This document shows positions 18,132 to 27,078 of a stretch of 31,818 nt of DNA, in pieces; positions within the stretch are counted from its first letter, which is position 1; each line of letters begins with the position of its first letter. The position numbers and the translations under genes are program-made. The notes beneath the pieces were generated by a model. That model did no database searches, was not told where the DNA came from, and saw nothing but the letters and a program-made list of their open reading frames with translations. This stretch comes from an uncultured Gammaproteobacteria bacterium (GTDB lineage Bacteria; Pseudomonadota; Gammaproteobacteria; Arenicellales; Poriferihabitantaceae): NCBI GenBank assembly GCA_938021685.1, contig CALIFM010000185.1, positions 1 to 31,818 of the forward strand. The letters run 5' to 3'.

Positions 18132-20396
18132 TCATGCAATCAACTGTGCCGCCATATTGGGCTCCAAGTGCTCAAAGGCTTGCCAAAAGCCTTCGCCACG
18201 GTTTTTATGTCCCTGCCAAATTTCAGGAATGAACATCACATTGGGCACGTGTTGTGCCAAGCTCTGGCCTAATTGCAAAAAATCCACGTTGCCTTCGCCC
18301 ATTTGTACGCCTTCGCCGCTATCGCCGAGGGCATCAGAAATATGCAGATGGGCAGTGTAAGGACCAACGGCATCAATAAACTCATTTAAAGACCAGCCAT
18401 AATAATTGCAGGCCATCATAGAGTGAGAGATGTCTAAGCAAATGCGCATTTTATTCTGCTTACAAAATTGCACGATCTCGTTTGGGTCGACAAATAAGTT
18501 GTGGTAGCGTTGGCCGCCGAAATGCCATGGGAAAGGCGGCATTGTTTGGACAATCACCTCCACCCCTTCTTGGTCTACTTGGCCAAGTTGCTTAGCAATT
18601 TGCTGATAAAGGGCGGGGCGCTCATCGGCGGCCATGAAACTTTTTTCAGTGAAACCACCTGCGTTGAGCACGATTACGGGCCGTTTAGTGGCAGGGAAAT
18701 AGCTTTTTAACTTTTGTGTTACTGCGATAGTTTGCTGCAAATTAGCGCGTGAGGTTTTCAAATAGCTTTTATCTTTCGAAGCTAAGTCAATTATATGGTC
18801 ACCAGCAAACAGCTCGGGTGCATGCACGGCTAAGCCCAGGCCTTGTGGCTCATCAAACACGCTGTCTATATCGACTTCTAAGTCTTGATAGCTTAAGTGA
18901 AACTCGACAAAATCTAGATTCGATAAATCAGATAGCTTGGCATAATCGTGGTAGCGCACTGGGATGCCGAAAGGGCGGTCGAAGTAATAATTACGTGCTT
19001 CAGTGATCGCGCCGTCGATGTCTGTTTGAAAGAAAAAGTCACCAGCATCAATGTCGCGCACTGCTGCTTTGCCAAGCAGGTCAGGTAGTAAATAAGGCTG
19101 TAAGCCTTGGCCTGGACTTTTGATTTCAATCATCTCGCGGGTGATACGCTCGCCTTTGGTAATCGTTGTTTTAGCAATCAAGCTTTTTGCCAAGGTTTCG
19201 CGATTCATCATCTCGCCTTGGCTGAGGCTGCGTTCAGATGCGTTGCCCAAGGCGGTCTCGATATTGCGAATTGATTGCACCATTTGCGCAAACTCATTTG
19301 GTAAGAGACTCACTTTGTGATCGTTGCCCTCCATGCCTTTGTCTAAGGTGAAATGTTTTTCAATCACGCGTGCACCCATGGCGACAGCTGCCACTGAAGT
19401 ATCAACTCCTAATTCATGGCCTGAATACCCAACTAGGCCGCCGCCGATTTGCTTTAAGCGCTCAAGATAGCGCAGATTAACGTCTTTTAAAGGTGCAGGA
19501 TAAGTTGAATTGCAATGCAACAGCACGAACTGCGTTGCGTGCTGATTGAGAAAATCTACCGATTGTATAATTTCAGTTTCGGTACACATGCCCGTGGAGC
19601 AAAGCAAAGGCTTGTTCGTTTCCGCCATCGCCTTTAGCAAGGGCAGATTGGTAAAGTCTGCCGATGCCACTTTGTAAGCGGGCATGCCGTAACCCTCTAG
19701 CACCGCGAGTGAAGTCTGATCCCATGGAGTGCATAGCGGAGTGACGCCTAAAGATTTGCAGTAATCGAAAGCTTCGATCAACTCGTCGTTGCTTAGCTGA
19801 AATTTCTCTAGTAAGTCAAAGACATATTGCGCGCCGAGATCAGCCGAATCATCACGAGTTTGGCCTTGGTTTTTATATACGCTGGCCATGTCACGCATTT
19901 GAAATTTTACGCAATCGGCGTTCGCAGCAGCAGCAGCATCCACTAGTTCTTTGGCATGTTTTAGACTGCCGTTGTGGTTGTTACCAAGCTCAGCAACGAT
20001 GTAGGTGGGTGTGGTTTGACTTAGCAAATGGCCATCAATGCTAATGCCTTCAAGGCCTTTTATAGCAATGGCTTTAAGCCGGTTTCCGGTATCCACCAAC
20101 GGCAGTAAATTGAACGAATCCTTGAAGCTCATGGCCAATGTGGCCGTAGAGCTATCAACCAGGCAGGCGGTAAACTGAGTATTCATCGCCTCGCTAACGG
20201 CGATGCTTAAGTCAGTTTGTTTGCTGTTAGTCAGCCACCGCCTGAAGTCACCATCGCTGAGTACACCGACTAGACAGCGATTGTTGTCAACAACAAACAC
20301 CGTACCAGATTTGTTCGCATCAATTTTCAGCAGGCAATCTGCCAGCGGAGAGGAATTGAGGACCAGATAAGCGTCTAAGTCAGAGATGATTTGCAT
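18132..20396 (-). CDS. neuB: Multidomain nonulosonate synthase: CBS pair + NeuB + SAF + xylose-isomerase/AP-endonuclease-2-like TIM barrel
   Basis: CBS: VGVLSDGDFRRWL; NeuB: YIVAELGNNHNG, VKFQ, KVASAD, LLHCNSTYPAP, GYSGHE, IEKHFTLD, DHKVSL; SAF: KSPGQGL; TIM barrel: VEFH, CLDISH, HLHISD, FIPEIW. Confidence 0.9.
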   Translation of the reverse strand: MQIISDLDAYLVLNSSPLADCLLKIDANKSGTVFVVDNNRCLVGVLSDGDFRRWLTNSKQTDLSIAVSEAMNTQFTACLVDSSTATLAMSFKDSFNLLPLVDTGNRLKAIAIKGLEGISIDGHLLSQTTPTYIVAELGNNHNGSLKHAKELVDAAAAANADCVKFQMRDMASVYKNQGQTRDDSADLGAQYVFDLLEKFQLSNDELIEAFDYCKSLGVTPLCTPWDQTSLAVLEGYGMPAYKVASADFTNLPLLKAMAETNKPLLCSTGMCTETEIIQSVDFLNQHATQFVLLHCNSTYPAPLKDVNLRYLERLKQIGGGLVGYSGHELGVDTSVAAVAMGARVIEKHFTLDKGMEGNDHKVSLLPNEFAQMVQSIRNIETALGNASERSLSQGEMMNRETLAKSLIAKTTITKGERITREMIEIKSPGQGLQPYLLPDLLGKAAVRDIDAGDFFFQTDIDGAITEARNYYFDRPFGIPVRYHDYAKLSDLSNLDFVEFHLSYQDLEVDIDSVFDEPQGLGLAVHAPELFAGDHIIDLASKDKSYLKTSRANLQQTIAVTQKLKSYFPATKRPVIVLNAGGFTEKSFMAADERPALYQQIAKQLGQVDQEGVEVIVQTMPPFPWHFGGQRYHNLFVDPNEIVQFCKQNKMRICLDISHSMMACNYYGWSLNEFIDAVGPYTAHLHISDALGDSGEGVQMGEGNVDFLQLGQSLAQHVPNVMFIPEIWQGHKNRGEGFWQAFEHLEPNMAAQLIA

Positions 20397-20485
20397 GGTT
20401 TTTATCAGCTTAATTGAGCATCAGACAAGTTCTTAGCATACATGAGTATGGCCTCTGTGATGGCTTCGGTTAAAGCTGTTAGGTT

Positions 20486-21367
20486 TTATAGGCCCAACCA
20501 AGCACGTAAGCCGTGCTTTTTAGGGCGCTCTGCTGTATTTGATGGGCTTCGTTTTTTTGAAAGATTATCAGCTTGGCTAATTACCGGTGTCATTAGTGGC
20601 TCCCCGTTTAATAAGCGCTTAGGGTTGCTATAAAATAAGGTATTGGCGGCCTTAATGCCAAAGTGCTTACACACATAGTCATAGGCATTAGCTAAATTAG
20701 GTGAGCGTCCATCAACGCGGTGAGCATCTGAGGCCACAATATGCACGCAGCCGTTAGCTAACCAATGATTTGCTACTTCTTGAATAGGTGGCCCAAAACG
20801 ACCAGTTAAGCTCAGTGCGGTTAGCTGCGTTTTACAGCCCCATTCGATCCAGTCGTATAAAATTTTGGGGTCACGAGCCAAGTCACCATTGCGTTCAGGA
20901 TGGGCAATAACCGGTGTGATGCCCATATTAATACAAGTGCCCAAGATAGCCTCCACGCCGAGCGGCAGGTGTTGCTTAGGCAGCTCAATAAGCGCTGCTT
21001 TTTTTTGGTCAGCATAGGTTAAAACTTGGCCCTGTCTTATTTGTTCAGGTAGCTCAGGGGTGAGATGCAGCTCAGACCCTAAGTGCAAACGGAGAGGGAT
21101 TCTTTGTTCAGCCAGCTGTTCTTCTAATTTCTGCTTTGCCGTGATGATGGCATCGTAATAATTGCTAAAGGCGCCGTTGCCATGGTGAGGAGTCAGTACC
21201 ACATCCGTGACGCCACAATTGACAGAAACCTGCGCCATTTGCAAAGCCATGTCTATGCTGGTTGCGCCGTCATCAATGTCGGGCAGCATATGGTTGTGGC
21301 AATCAATCATGCGCACTGCATTGCTTACAGCATTACTGTTCGGATCATATAAAATTTCTTCGCTCAT
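20486..21367 (-). CDS. PHP-family tyrosine-protein phosphatase (CpsB/CapC/YwqE type)
   Basis: IDCHNHMLPDIDDGA, LTPHH, GSELH, IAHPERN, VASDAHR. Confidence 0.9.
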   Translation of the reverse strand: MSEEILYDPNSNAVSNAVRMIDCHNHMLPDIDDGATSIDMALQMAQVSVNCGVTDVVLTPHHGNGAFSNYYDAIITAKQKLEEQLAEQRIPLRLHLGSELHLTPELPEQIRQGQVLTYADQKKAALIELPKQHLPLGVEAILGTCINMGITPVIAHPERNGDLARDPKILYDWIEWGCKTQLTALSLTGRFGPPIQEVANHWLANGCVHIVASDAHRVDGRSPNLANAYDYVCKHFGIKAANTLFYSNPKRLLNGEPLMTPVISQADNLSKKRSPSNTAERPKKHGLRAWLGL

Positions 21368-21373
21368 CTGTTT

Positions 21374-22789
21374 TTAGTACGCCGTTTTGGTAATAAAACC
21401 TTTGAACACGGTAAGGATTATAATCTTAATATCAAGCCAAATTGACCAGTTACGGATATAAAAAATATCATGTTCAACACGTTGCTCGATGCTGGTGTTG
21501 CCGCGTAAGCCATTAATTTGTGCCCAGCCGGTGATGCCCGCTTTAACATAATGTTTTTGCATATACTCAGGCACAGTGTATTGGAATTTCTCAACAAAAA
21601 ATGGTCGTTCAGGGCGTGGGCCCACCACTGACATGTCTCCCATCAGCACATTAAAAAACTGTGGCAACTCATCCAGACTGGTGCGGCGTAAAAAACTACC
21701 AAATTGAGTGGCACGGTTTTCACCTTTTTTGGCCCAAACGGGACCGCTATTTTGCTCTATACTTATAGGCATAGATCGGAATTTAAGCATCGTAAAAGGC
21801 CGGCCATTCAATGTTAAGCGCTCTTGGCGAAACAGCACTGGACCGGGTGAGCTGAACTTGACCCCAATGGCAATCAGCAAGAGAAGCGGTGACAGTAATA
21901 TCAAAACAAGTAGTGCAAAGCTGCGATCCATCAGTGATTTCAGCCAGCGATCTGCTGAGCGTAGTGGTTTTACTGATAGGCTAAGCATAGGTAAGTCAGC
22001 GCGGCGTTCTAACTCTGGGCGCAATATCGGCAGAAAGCTAAAATCAGGGAAGTAGCTAATTTGAATTAAGTTAGATTTGAAATGGCTGATAATATCGCGC
22101 ACACTGTTGTTGTCCAATTGTGCCCCCACTAACCATAATTGTTGAGTATTAGCGTCACTGATAAATGCATCTATCTTTTTCAGTTGGGCGGCATTGCTAG
22201 TTTTCTTTGGGCCCTTTTTACCTTGCCAATCCCAGCGACGTACGCTGCGGTAAGCATATGGGGCTTGATCGACTAGGCGATCCACTGTGGTGTTAAACTT
22301 GGGGCCGGTTCCAATGGCCAATACATCCAATTTAGATGCTGCATGGCTGGTGTCTAAGCGGGCTTTTTGGTCTAGGCCAATACGCCAGATCAAGCTAAAT
22401 AAATAGCTTAGGAAGATGGACACTAAGAACCAAGTGCGGGAGTAGGTATAATTGGTTTTTGACACCATGGCGATTAAAGCAATGGAAGAAATAATCACAA
22501 ACCAGCTAATGGACAAGCGACGCAGCACGTTCCACGAAAAAATGGAGCGACCGCCGTCATATAAACCAAAGGCTGCGGTACATAGCAGCACCACTAATGA
22601 CACCACTATGATAGGCGTGATATAGGCCTTAAGGATTAGGGGTTCGCTGCTGGTCAAAGCGATGACAGAAAGCACGCCCCAGCAAATTAAAGTTGTTGTC
22701 AGCACATCAAGAATGGCTAACAAGTACAAATTAGATGTGCGTTGTAGCCTGTAGGTAAGACCGGCAGAAGAATCAGTTTCTGGCAGCAT
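21374..22789 (-). CDS. wcaJ: Undecaprenyl-phosphate glucose phosphotransferase (priming glycosyltransferase)
   Basis: Four N-terminal TMs; SPGPVLFRQER, KFRSM, FLRRTSLDELPQFFNVLMGDMSVVGPRPER, VKAGITGWAQING, DIFYIRNWSIWLD. Confidence 0.9.
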   Translation of the reverse strand: MLPETDSSAGLTYRLQRTSNLYLLAILDVLTTTLICWGVLSVIALTSSEPLILKAYITPIIVVSLVVLLCTAAFGLYDGGRSIFSWNVLRRLSISWFVIISSIALIAMVSKTNYTYSRTWFLVSIFLSYLFSLIWRIGLDQKARLDTSHAASKLDVLAIGTGPKFNTTVDRLVDQAPYAYRSVRRWDWQGKKGPKKTSNAAQLKKIDAFISDANTQQLWLVGAQLDNNSVRDIISHFKSNLIQISYFPDFSFLPILRPELERRADLPMLSLSVKPLRSADRWLKSLMDRSFALLVLILLSPLLLLIAIGVKFSSPGPVLFRQERLTLNGRPFTMLKFRSMPISIEQNSGPVWAKKGENRATQFGSFLRRTSLDELPQFFNVLMGDMSVVGPRPERPFFVEKFQYTVPEYMQKHYVKAGITGWAQINGLRGNTSIEQRVEHDIFYIRNWSIWLDIKIIILTVFKGFITKTAY

Positions 22790-22942
22790 AGCTTGCGAAG
22801 AATAAAGCCTTTATTTTGATCAGCACTAAATTACATAATGCACGGTGATCTATTAATAGAATTGGGCTTTTATTCTAGCACAAGTATCAATGAGTTATTA
22901 TCAAGCCCTTATATTGTTTTATTCTATGATACGGGCTAGTGT

Positions 22943-24382
22943 TTACGAGCGCCCATAAAGATCTTCAAAGCGTACAATATCGTCTTCACCAAGGTAGGCG
23001 CCTGATTGTACTTCGATGAGTTCTAGTGGAATTTTGCCGGGATTTTCTAATGAGTGGGTTGTGCCAACTGGAATATAGACGGATTCATTTTCGCCGAGTA
23101 GCCGTTCTTCATCTCCTACGCGTACTTTTGCTGTCCCATTAACCACGACCCAATGTTCCGCACGGTGGTGGTGCATTTGTACGGATAGTTTTGCGCCAGC
23201 CCGTACAGAGATACGCTTAACTTGAAAGCGATCACCGCTGTCCATTGAGTCGTAGTGGCCCCAAGGCCGGTATACCACACGGTGGTGGGTTGCTTCGGTG
23301 CGTGTTTGCTGGTTAAGCCAATCAACCACCTTTTTGACTTCATCAGCATGCGGTTTGCTGGCGACGAGTAAGGCGTCCTTGGTATCAACGACTACAAGGT
23401 CGTCCACCCCTAGCATAGCTACCAATTTGTCTTCTGTACGCACTAAGTTGTTGTGACTGTCTACACATAGAGTGTCGCCTGAAGTAGCATTACCGTCATT
23501 ATCTTTAGGTAAGACTGAAGCTAAAGCGGCCCAGCCGCCGACATCGCTCCAACTGGCTTGCATTGGCATCACAAACGCTTTCTGGGTGTGCTCCATCACC
23601 GCATAATCAATCGAATCGCTAGGGCATTTTTCAAAGGCATCAACGCCAATCCGGATAAACTCAAGATCGATGCTTTGGTCTTGCCAAGCTTGCTTGCAAC
23701 AATTCACAATGTCATTATTGTGTTTGCTGACTTCAGCCAAAAAATCGTTTGCATAAAACATAAACAAGCCGCTGTTCCAAAGATAGTCACCGCTGGCAAG
23801 ATATTTTTCAGCTGTTTTTTGTTCGGGCTTTTCTACAAATTTCTCAACTGCATTGAGCGCACCCTGCTTAAGTTTTTTGGTTTTAATATAACCATAGCCG
23901 GTAGCAGGGCGGTCAGGGTTAATGCCAAATGTCACCATTTGACCAGCCTTAATTTGGCCAGCGGCGGTTTGTACAGTTTGACTGAAGCTTGTTTCATTAG
24001 CGATATGGTGGTCGGCGGGTGATACCAGCAGTAAAGGGTTGTCATGCAGCTCCAATGCGCGCAAAGCTGCTAAGCAAATTGCCGGTGCAGTGTTGCGACC
24101 AAAAGGCTCGAGTATTAAGCCGCTATGCACGCAGTCAAGTTGGCGAAGTTGTTCGGCAGCAATAAAGCGATGCTCTTCATTGCAAACCACAATGGGTGTA
24201 TATAGAGCTAAATTTGCGATACGTTGCACTGTTTGTTGTAGCAAGGTGTCGGTGTGCTGCTTGTTATTGCCGCTTGTGGTTAGCGGCAAAAATTGTTTGG
24301 GGTACATGCGTCGTGAAACAGGCCATAAACGTGTGCCAGAGCCGCCGGCGATAATAACGGGCTGTATAGGGCTTTTTTTCAT
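22943..24382 (-). CDS. manC: Mannose-1-phosphate guanylyltransferase / mannose-6-phosphate isomerase (start probably ATG 24382; ORF extends to 24409)
   Basis: PVIIAGGSGTRLWPVSR..YPKQF, EPFGRNTAPA, FVEKP, WNSGLF, SIDYAVME, WSDVG, cupin RPWG, QMHHHRAEHWVVV, IEVQSG. Confidence 0.95.
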   Translation of the reverse strand: MKKSPIQPVIIAGGSGTRLWPVSRRMYPKQFLPLTTSGNNKQHTDTLLQQTVQRIANLALYTPIVVCNEEHRFIAAEQLRQLDCVHSGLILEPFGRNTAPAICLAALRALELHDNPLLLVSPADHHIANETSFSQTVQTAAGQIKAGQMVTFGINPDRPATGYGYIKTKKLKQGALNAVEKFVEKPEQKTAEKYLASGDYLWNSGLFMFYANDFLAEVSKHNNDIVNCCKQAWQDQSIDLEFIRIGVDAFEKCPSDSIDYAVMEHTQKAFVMPMQASWSDVGGWAALASVLPKDNDGNATSGDTLCVDSHNNLVRTEDKLVAMLGVDDLVVVDTKDALLVASKPHADEVKKVVDWLNQQTRTEATHHRVVYRPWGHYDSMDSGDRFQVKRISVRAGAKLSVQMHHHRAEHWVVVNGTAKVRVGDEERLLGENESVYIPVGTTHSLENPGKIPLELIEVQSGAYLGEDDIVRFEDLYGRS

Positions 24383-24564
24383 CGCTATTGTGTTGTTTGT
24401 GATATGCACTAAAATTTGATTAAAGCGTGACTTTAACCAATTACCGAGTAAACAGCCACTGCTCTGATAGCTAAAGCTTCAGGCGCAATGCTGGAACAAC
24501 AAGATCATATCTTGCTTGTAGGTGCTCTATTTTTGAGGCTCAGTCCAATGGTGTGCACGGTTGC

Positions 24565-24594
24565 TTGACGCAAGTGCAATGGCCCATATAGAAT
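24565..24594 (+). promoter_or_regulatory. Putative sigma70 promoter for the GT9 gene
   Basis: TTGACG (24565-24570), 18-nt spacer, TAGAAT (24589-24594); AGAGG ribosome-binding site at 24622-24626 before TTG 24633. Confidence 0.5.
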
Positions 24595-24632
24595 TTAGTT
24601 TTAAAGCTAATTGATACACAAAGAGGCCACCA

Positions 24633-25757
24633 TTGGAGCAGCAATTAGCAGCACAAACTCAGCACTTGCAACATCGCTTGCAAAACCTAAGCAGTAAAAT
24701 TCGCCGGCAATTAGCATTGCCGCAACCGATGCGCGATGCCGGAATGATCACCTTTTTGCGTCAAGAGATTAATGTCTACCAGTTTGCGTTAGCGCAGCTT
24801 GAGCAGTTAAATGGTACACGAGTGGCATTGGCAGACCCATTAGGTTATGGCAGAGCGAAAGACATGTTGTCACCGCTTGCTAGCGGTAACCGCAGTAAAG
24901 GAAGTGCGGTGAGTGCCAACAATAGTGATGTGTTGCGTATTGGTGTGTTTGGGGGGTTAGGCGATGTTTTGTGCGTGACGCCGGCTTTGCAGGCACTAAA
25001 AAAAGCCAGGCCACAGCGTGAATTGCATTTACAGCTAAATGCAGAGCCGCACTTAGCTATATTTAAAAACAACCCCGATATTGACCACATAAGCGTGCTA
25101 AAACGCGGTAACAACAAAAACCAAAAGAAGCTAGATATCGAAGTATCAGTGGGTTTTCTCGGTACAGATATTCACTATCGTGAGCATGCGGCCTTTTTGC
25201 TAGCTGCAGCCTTAGGGGTGAGCATTGATAGCGAGATACCACGCTACTTCATAGGTGAAAGCGAGCAAGCTGCAGCCCAACAAGCACTAAAAGGTATCGG
25301 CTCATTGGTGGTTATTTCGCCTACATCACGAGCGCCGGCTAATCAAAACTGGCCCTTGCAGCGCTGGCAATCCTTGATGGCGTTGTTTCCTGATGTGACC
25401 TTTGCGCAAGTTGGCCTGCCAGATGAAGAAGTTATTGAGGGGGCTTTAGATTGGCGTACCGCGCAAGATGTGCGGTCATCGGTAGCTAAATTGGCAGTCG
25501 CCGGTGCTTATGTGGGAATGGACACGTTTTGGGCACACGCTGCGGCGGCAGTCAGCACCCCTGCCGTAGTGTTTTTTGGCGGCACTCATCCCAGTGTGTT
25601 TGGTTATCCTGGGCACGCTAAATTGTATAAGCACTTACGTTGCTCGCCTTGTCATCATACCTTGGCAGGGCGCCACTGCCCATACAACACTGAATGCATT
25701 AATGACATCACGGTGGATGAGGCTGCGCAAGCATTGCGTGAACAGCTGGCTGTTTAG
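24633..25757 (+). CDS. GT9-family glycosyltransferase with ~100-aa N-terminal extension
   Basis: GGLGDVLCVTPALQALK, WPLQRWQ, MDTFWAHAAAAVSTPAVVFFGGT, C-terminal CSPC..C..C; TTG start with AGAGG RBS. Confidence 0.85.
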   Translation: MEQQLAAQTQHLQHRLQNLSSKIRRQLALPQPMRDAGMITFLRQEINVYQFALAQLEQLNGTRVALADPLGYGRAKDMLSPLASGNRSKGSAVSANNSDVLRIGVFGGLGDVLCVTPALQALKKARPQRELHLQLNAEPHLAIFKNNPDIDHISVLKRGNNKNQKKLDIEVSVGFLGTDIHYREHAAFLLAAALGVSIDSEIPRYFIGESEQAAAQQALKGIGSLVVISPTSRAPANQNWPLQRWQSLMALFPDVTFAQVGLPDEEVIEGALDWRTAQDVRSSVAKLAVAGAYVGMDTFWAHAAAAVSTPAVVFFGGTHPSVFGYPGHAKLYKHLRCSPCHHTLAGRHCPYNTECINDITVDEAAQALREQLAV

Positions 25758-25831
25758 TGCTTATGCCTGCTGCTGCGGCCCTTTGTTAAGGCTAGTTTAA
25801 TACCAATTGCAGTGCTAGAATTAGTATTCTG

Positions 25832-25859
25832 AGGCGAATATCGATTCGCCTTTTCTTCT
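25832..25859 (+). terminator. Rho-independent terminator after the GT9 gene
   Basis: AGGCGAAT-ATCG-ATTCGCCT perfect 8-bp stem followed by TTTCTTCT. Confidence 0.7.
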
Positions 25860-25909
25860 AACGTAATGGCAGCTGCAGTGATTTTATTTGAGCTACCATA
25901 GCAAAAAGA

Positions 25910-27073
25910 ATGCTAATACCACGCATGCCTAGCTCTTCATTGATTGATTCGACTTTGCTAATTTGCATGCAATGCAAAACACCTTTGCAGGCTGCCCACC
26001 AGGCTTACCAGTGTAGTGAATGCGAGCGACTATATGATGCAGGTAAGGCACAAGATATACCATTGCCAATTGCCTTTTTTGAGGAGCCTAAACAGGTCTA
26101 TGCTGATGCTTATTTAGGTTTTTATCGCGCCTACAAGCATTTTGATCAAAAGGCCGTTCAACTGACCGAAGGCTTGAAAAAAAGTGGGCGAAAAAAGGAA
26201 TTACTGCCTGTATTAAAGGCATTCAAAGACAATCAAAAGTATTTTACAAGATTCGCAGAGGCATTAGCGCCCAGTGTAGATTTGCCTACCTTGTTAGAAA
26301 AAGCAGGTAAAAACGCGGGACAAAAATATGGTTATGACTTTAATTATCTTGAGCGTGATTGGTCACAGCAACCCCGAGCGCAGCTTGAGATTAGCAATTT
26401 GATGTCGATTGTTCAAAAAGCGGTTAAGCACTGCTCAGGCGAACATGCAGTGGTACTTGGCGCGGGCATGGGTCGCTTGGCAACGGAACTAAAAGCACAT
26501 CACAAGCAGGTTACGGCCATCGAAAACTCGCTTGGGCAGATTGCCCAGTTTTATGCTTTGTTACAGCAGCCTAACCATTTTTGGCGAGTGAACACAATCA
26601 ACACGCGCAAGGACAACGATTTGCTGAAAAAAGTAAACTTGCAGATACCTAAAGCGTTGCTGGCGGATGCAAAGTCAGTGGATTATATATGGGCTGATGC
26701 TTGCAACAGTCCTTTAGCCGATCGCTCGGTGGATGTGTTGTATTCAATTTATTTTTCAGATGTCGTGCCATTAACTAAGTTGCTTGCTGAAAGTAAGCGC
26801 TTGCTTACTGAGGGCGGTTGTTTTGTGCATCTTGGCCCATTGCATTATCATTTTTCTGACATCACTCAACATTACAGCCTAGAGACTTTTTGTGCACAGC
26901 TTGTGCAGCATGGTTTTGTATTGCAGCATCAATCTGAGCATGAGCCTGTCAATATAGATGATGAGGGCTTGCAACGCTCGCAGCAGTATTTCAATGCGCT
27001 GATCGTGGCAAAGTATGATTCTGCCCAAGACCAACATGCCGAAGATAAAAGCTCGGTGACTGAATCGAGCTAA
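25910..27073 (+). CDS. Class I SAM-dependent methyltransferase, N2227/carnosine N-methyltransferase-like, with N-terminal CxxC..CxxC Zn ribbon
   Basis: CMQC...CSEC; YLERDWS; motif I VVLGAGMGRLATEL; YSIYFSDV; GGCFVHLGPLHYHF. Confidence 0.7.
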   Translation: MLIPRMPSSSLIDSTLLICMQCKTPLQAAHQAYQCSECERLYDAGKAQDIPLPIAFFEEPKQVYADAYLGFYRAYKHFDQKAVQLTEGLKKSGRKKELLPVLKAFKDNQKYFTRFAEALAPSVDLPTLLEKAGKNAGQKYGYDFNYLERDWSQQPRAQLEISNLMSIVQKAVKHCSGEHAVVLGAGMGRLATELKAHHKQVTAIENSLGQIAQFYALLQQPNHFWRVNTINTRKDNDLLKKVNLQIPKALLADAKSVDYIWADACNSPLADRSVDVLYSIYFSDVVPLTKLLAESKRLLTEGGCFVHLGPLHYHFSDITQHYSLETFCAQLVQHGFVLQHQSEHEPVNIDDEGLQRSQQYFNALIVAKYDSAQDQHAEDKSSVTESS

Positions 27074-27078
27074 GCACG

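Noticed and set aside
14973-21006. A8/T8 homopolymer runs in GT4 (14973-14980), nucleotidyltransferase (16107-16114) and phosphatase (20999-21006) as phase-variation switches
   Set aside because: Short A/T runs encoding Lys/Phe codons, all genes in frame; contingency tracts are usually longer or G/C runs.
22801-22880. Short inverted repeats (AATAAAG-C-CTTTATT; TCTATTAATAGA) between manC and wcaJ
   Set aside because: AT-rich palindromes are expected by chance; no matching regulator nearby and no ops/JUMPstart element recognised.
24488-24568. 26-codon ORF MLEQQDHILLVGALFLRLSPMVCTVA as a RiPP precursor
   Set aside because: Weak RBS, overlaps the GT9 -35 element, no lasso leader hallmarks (YxxP, Thr at -2) and no ring-forming Gly...Asp/Glu core.
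25763-25901. Tiny ORFs MPAAAALC (25763) and MAAAVILFELP (25866-25901) just upstream of the modification operon
   Set aside because: Too short for leader plus core, no clear RBS, no Ser/Thr/Tyr/His acceptors.
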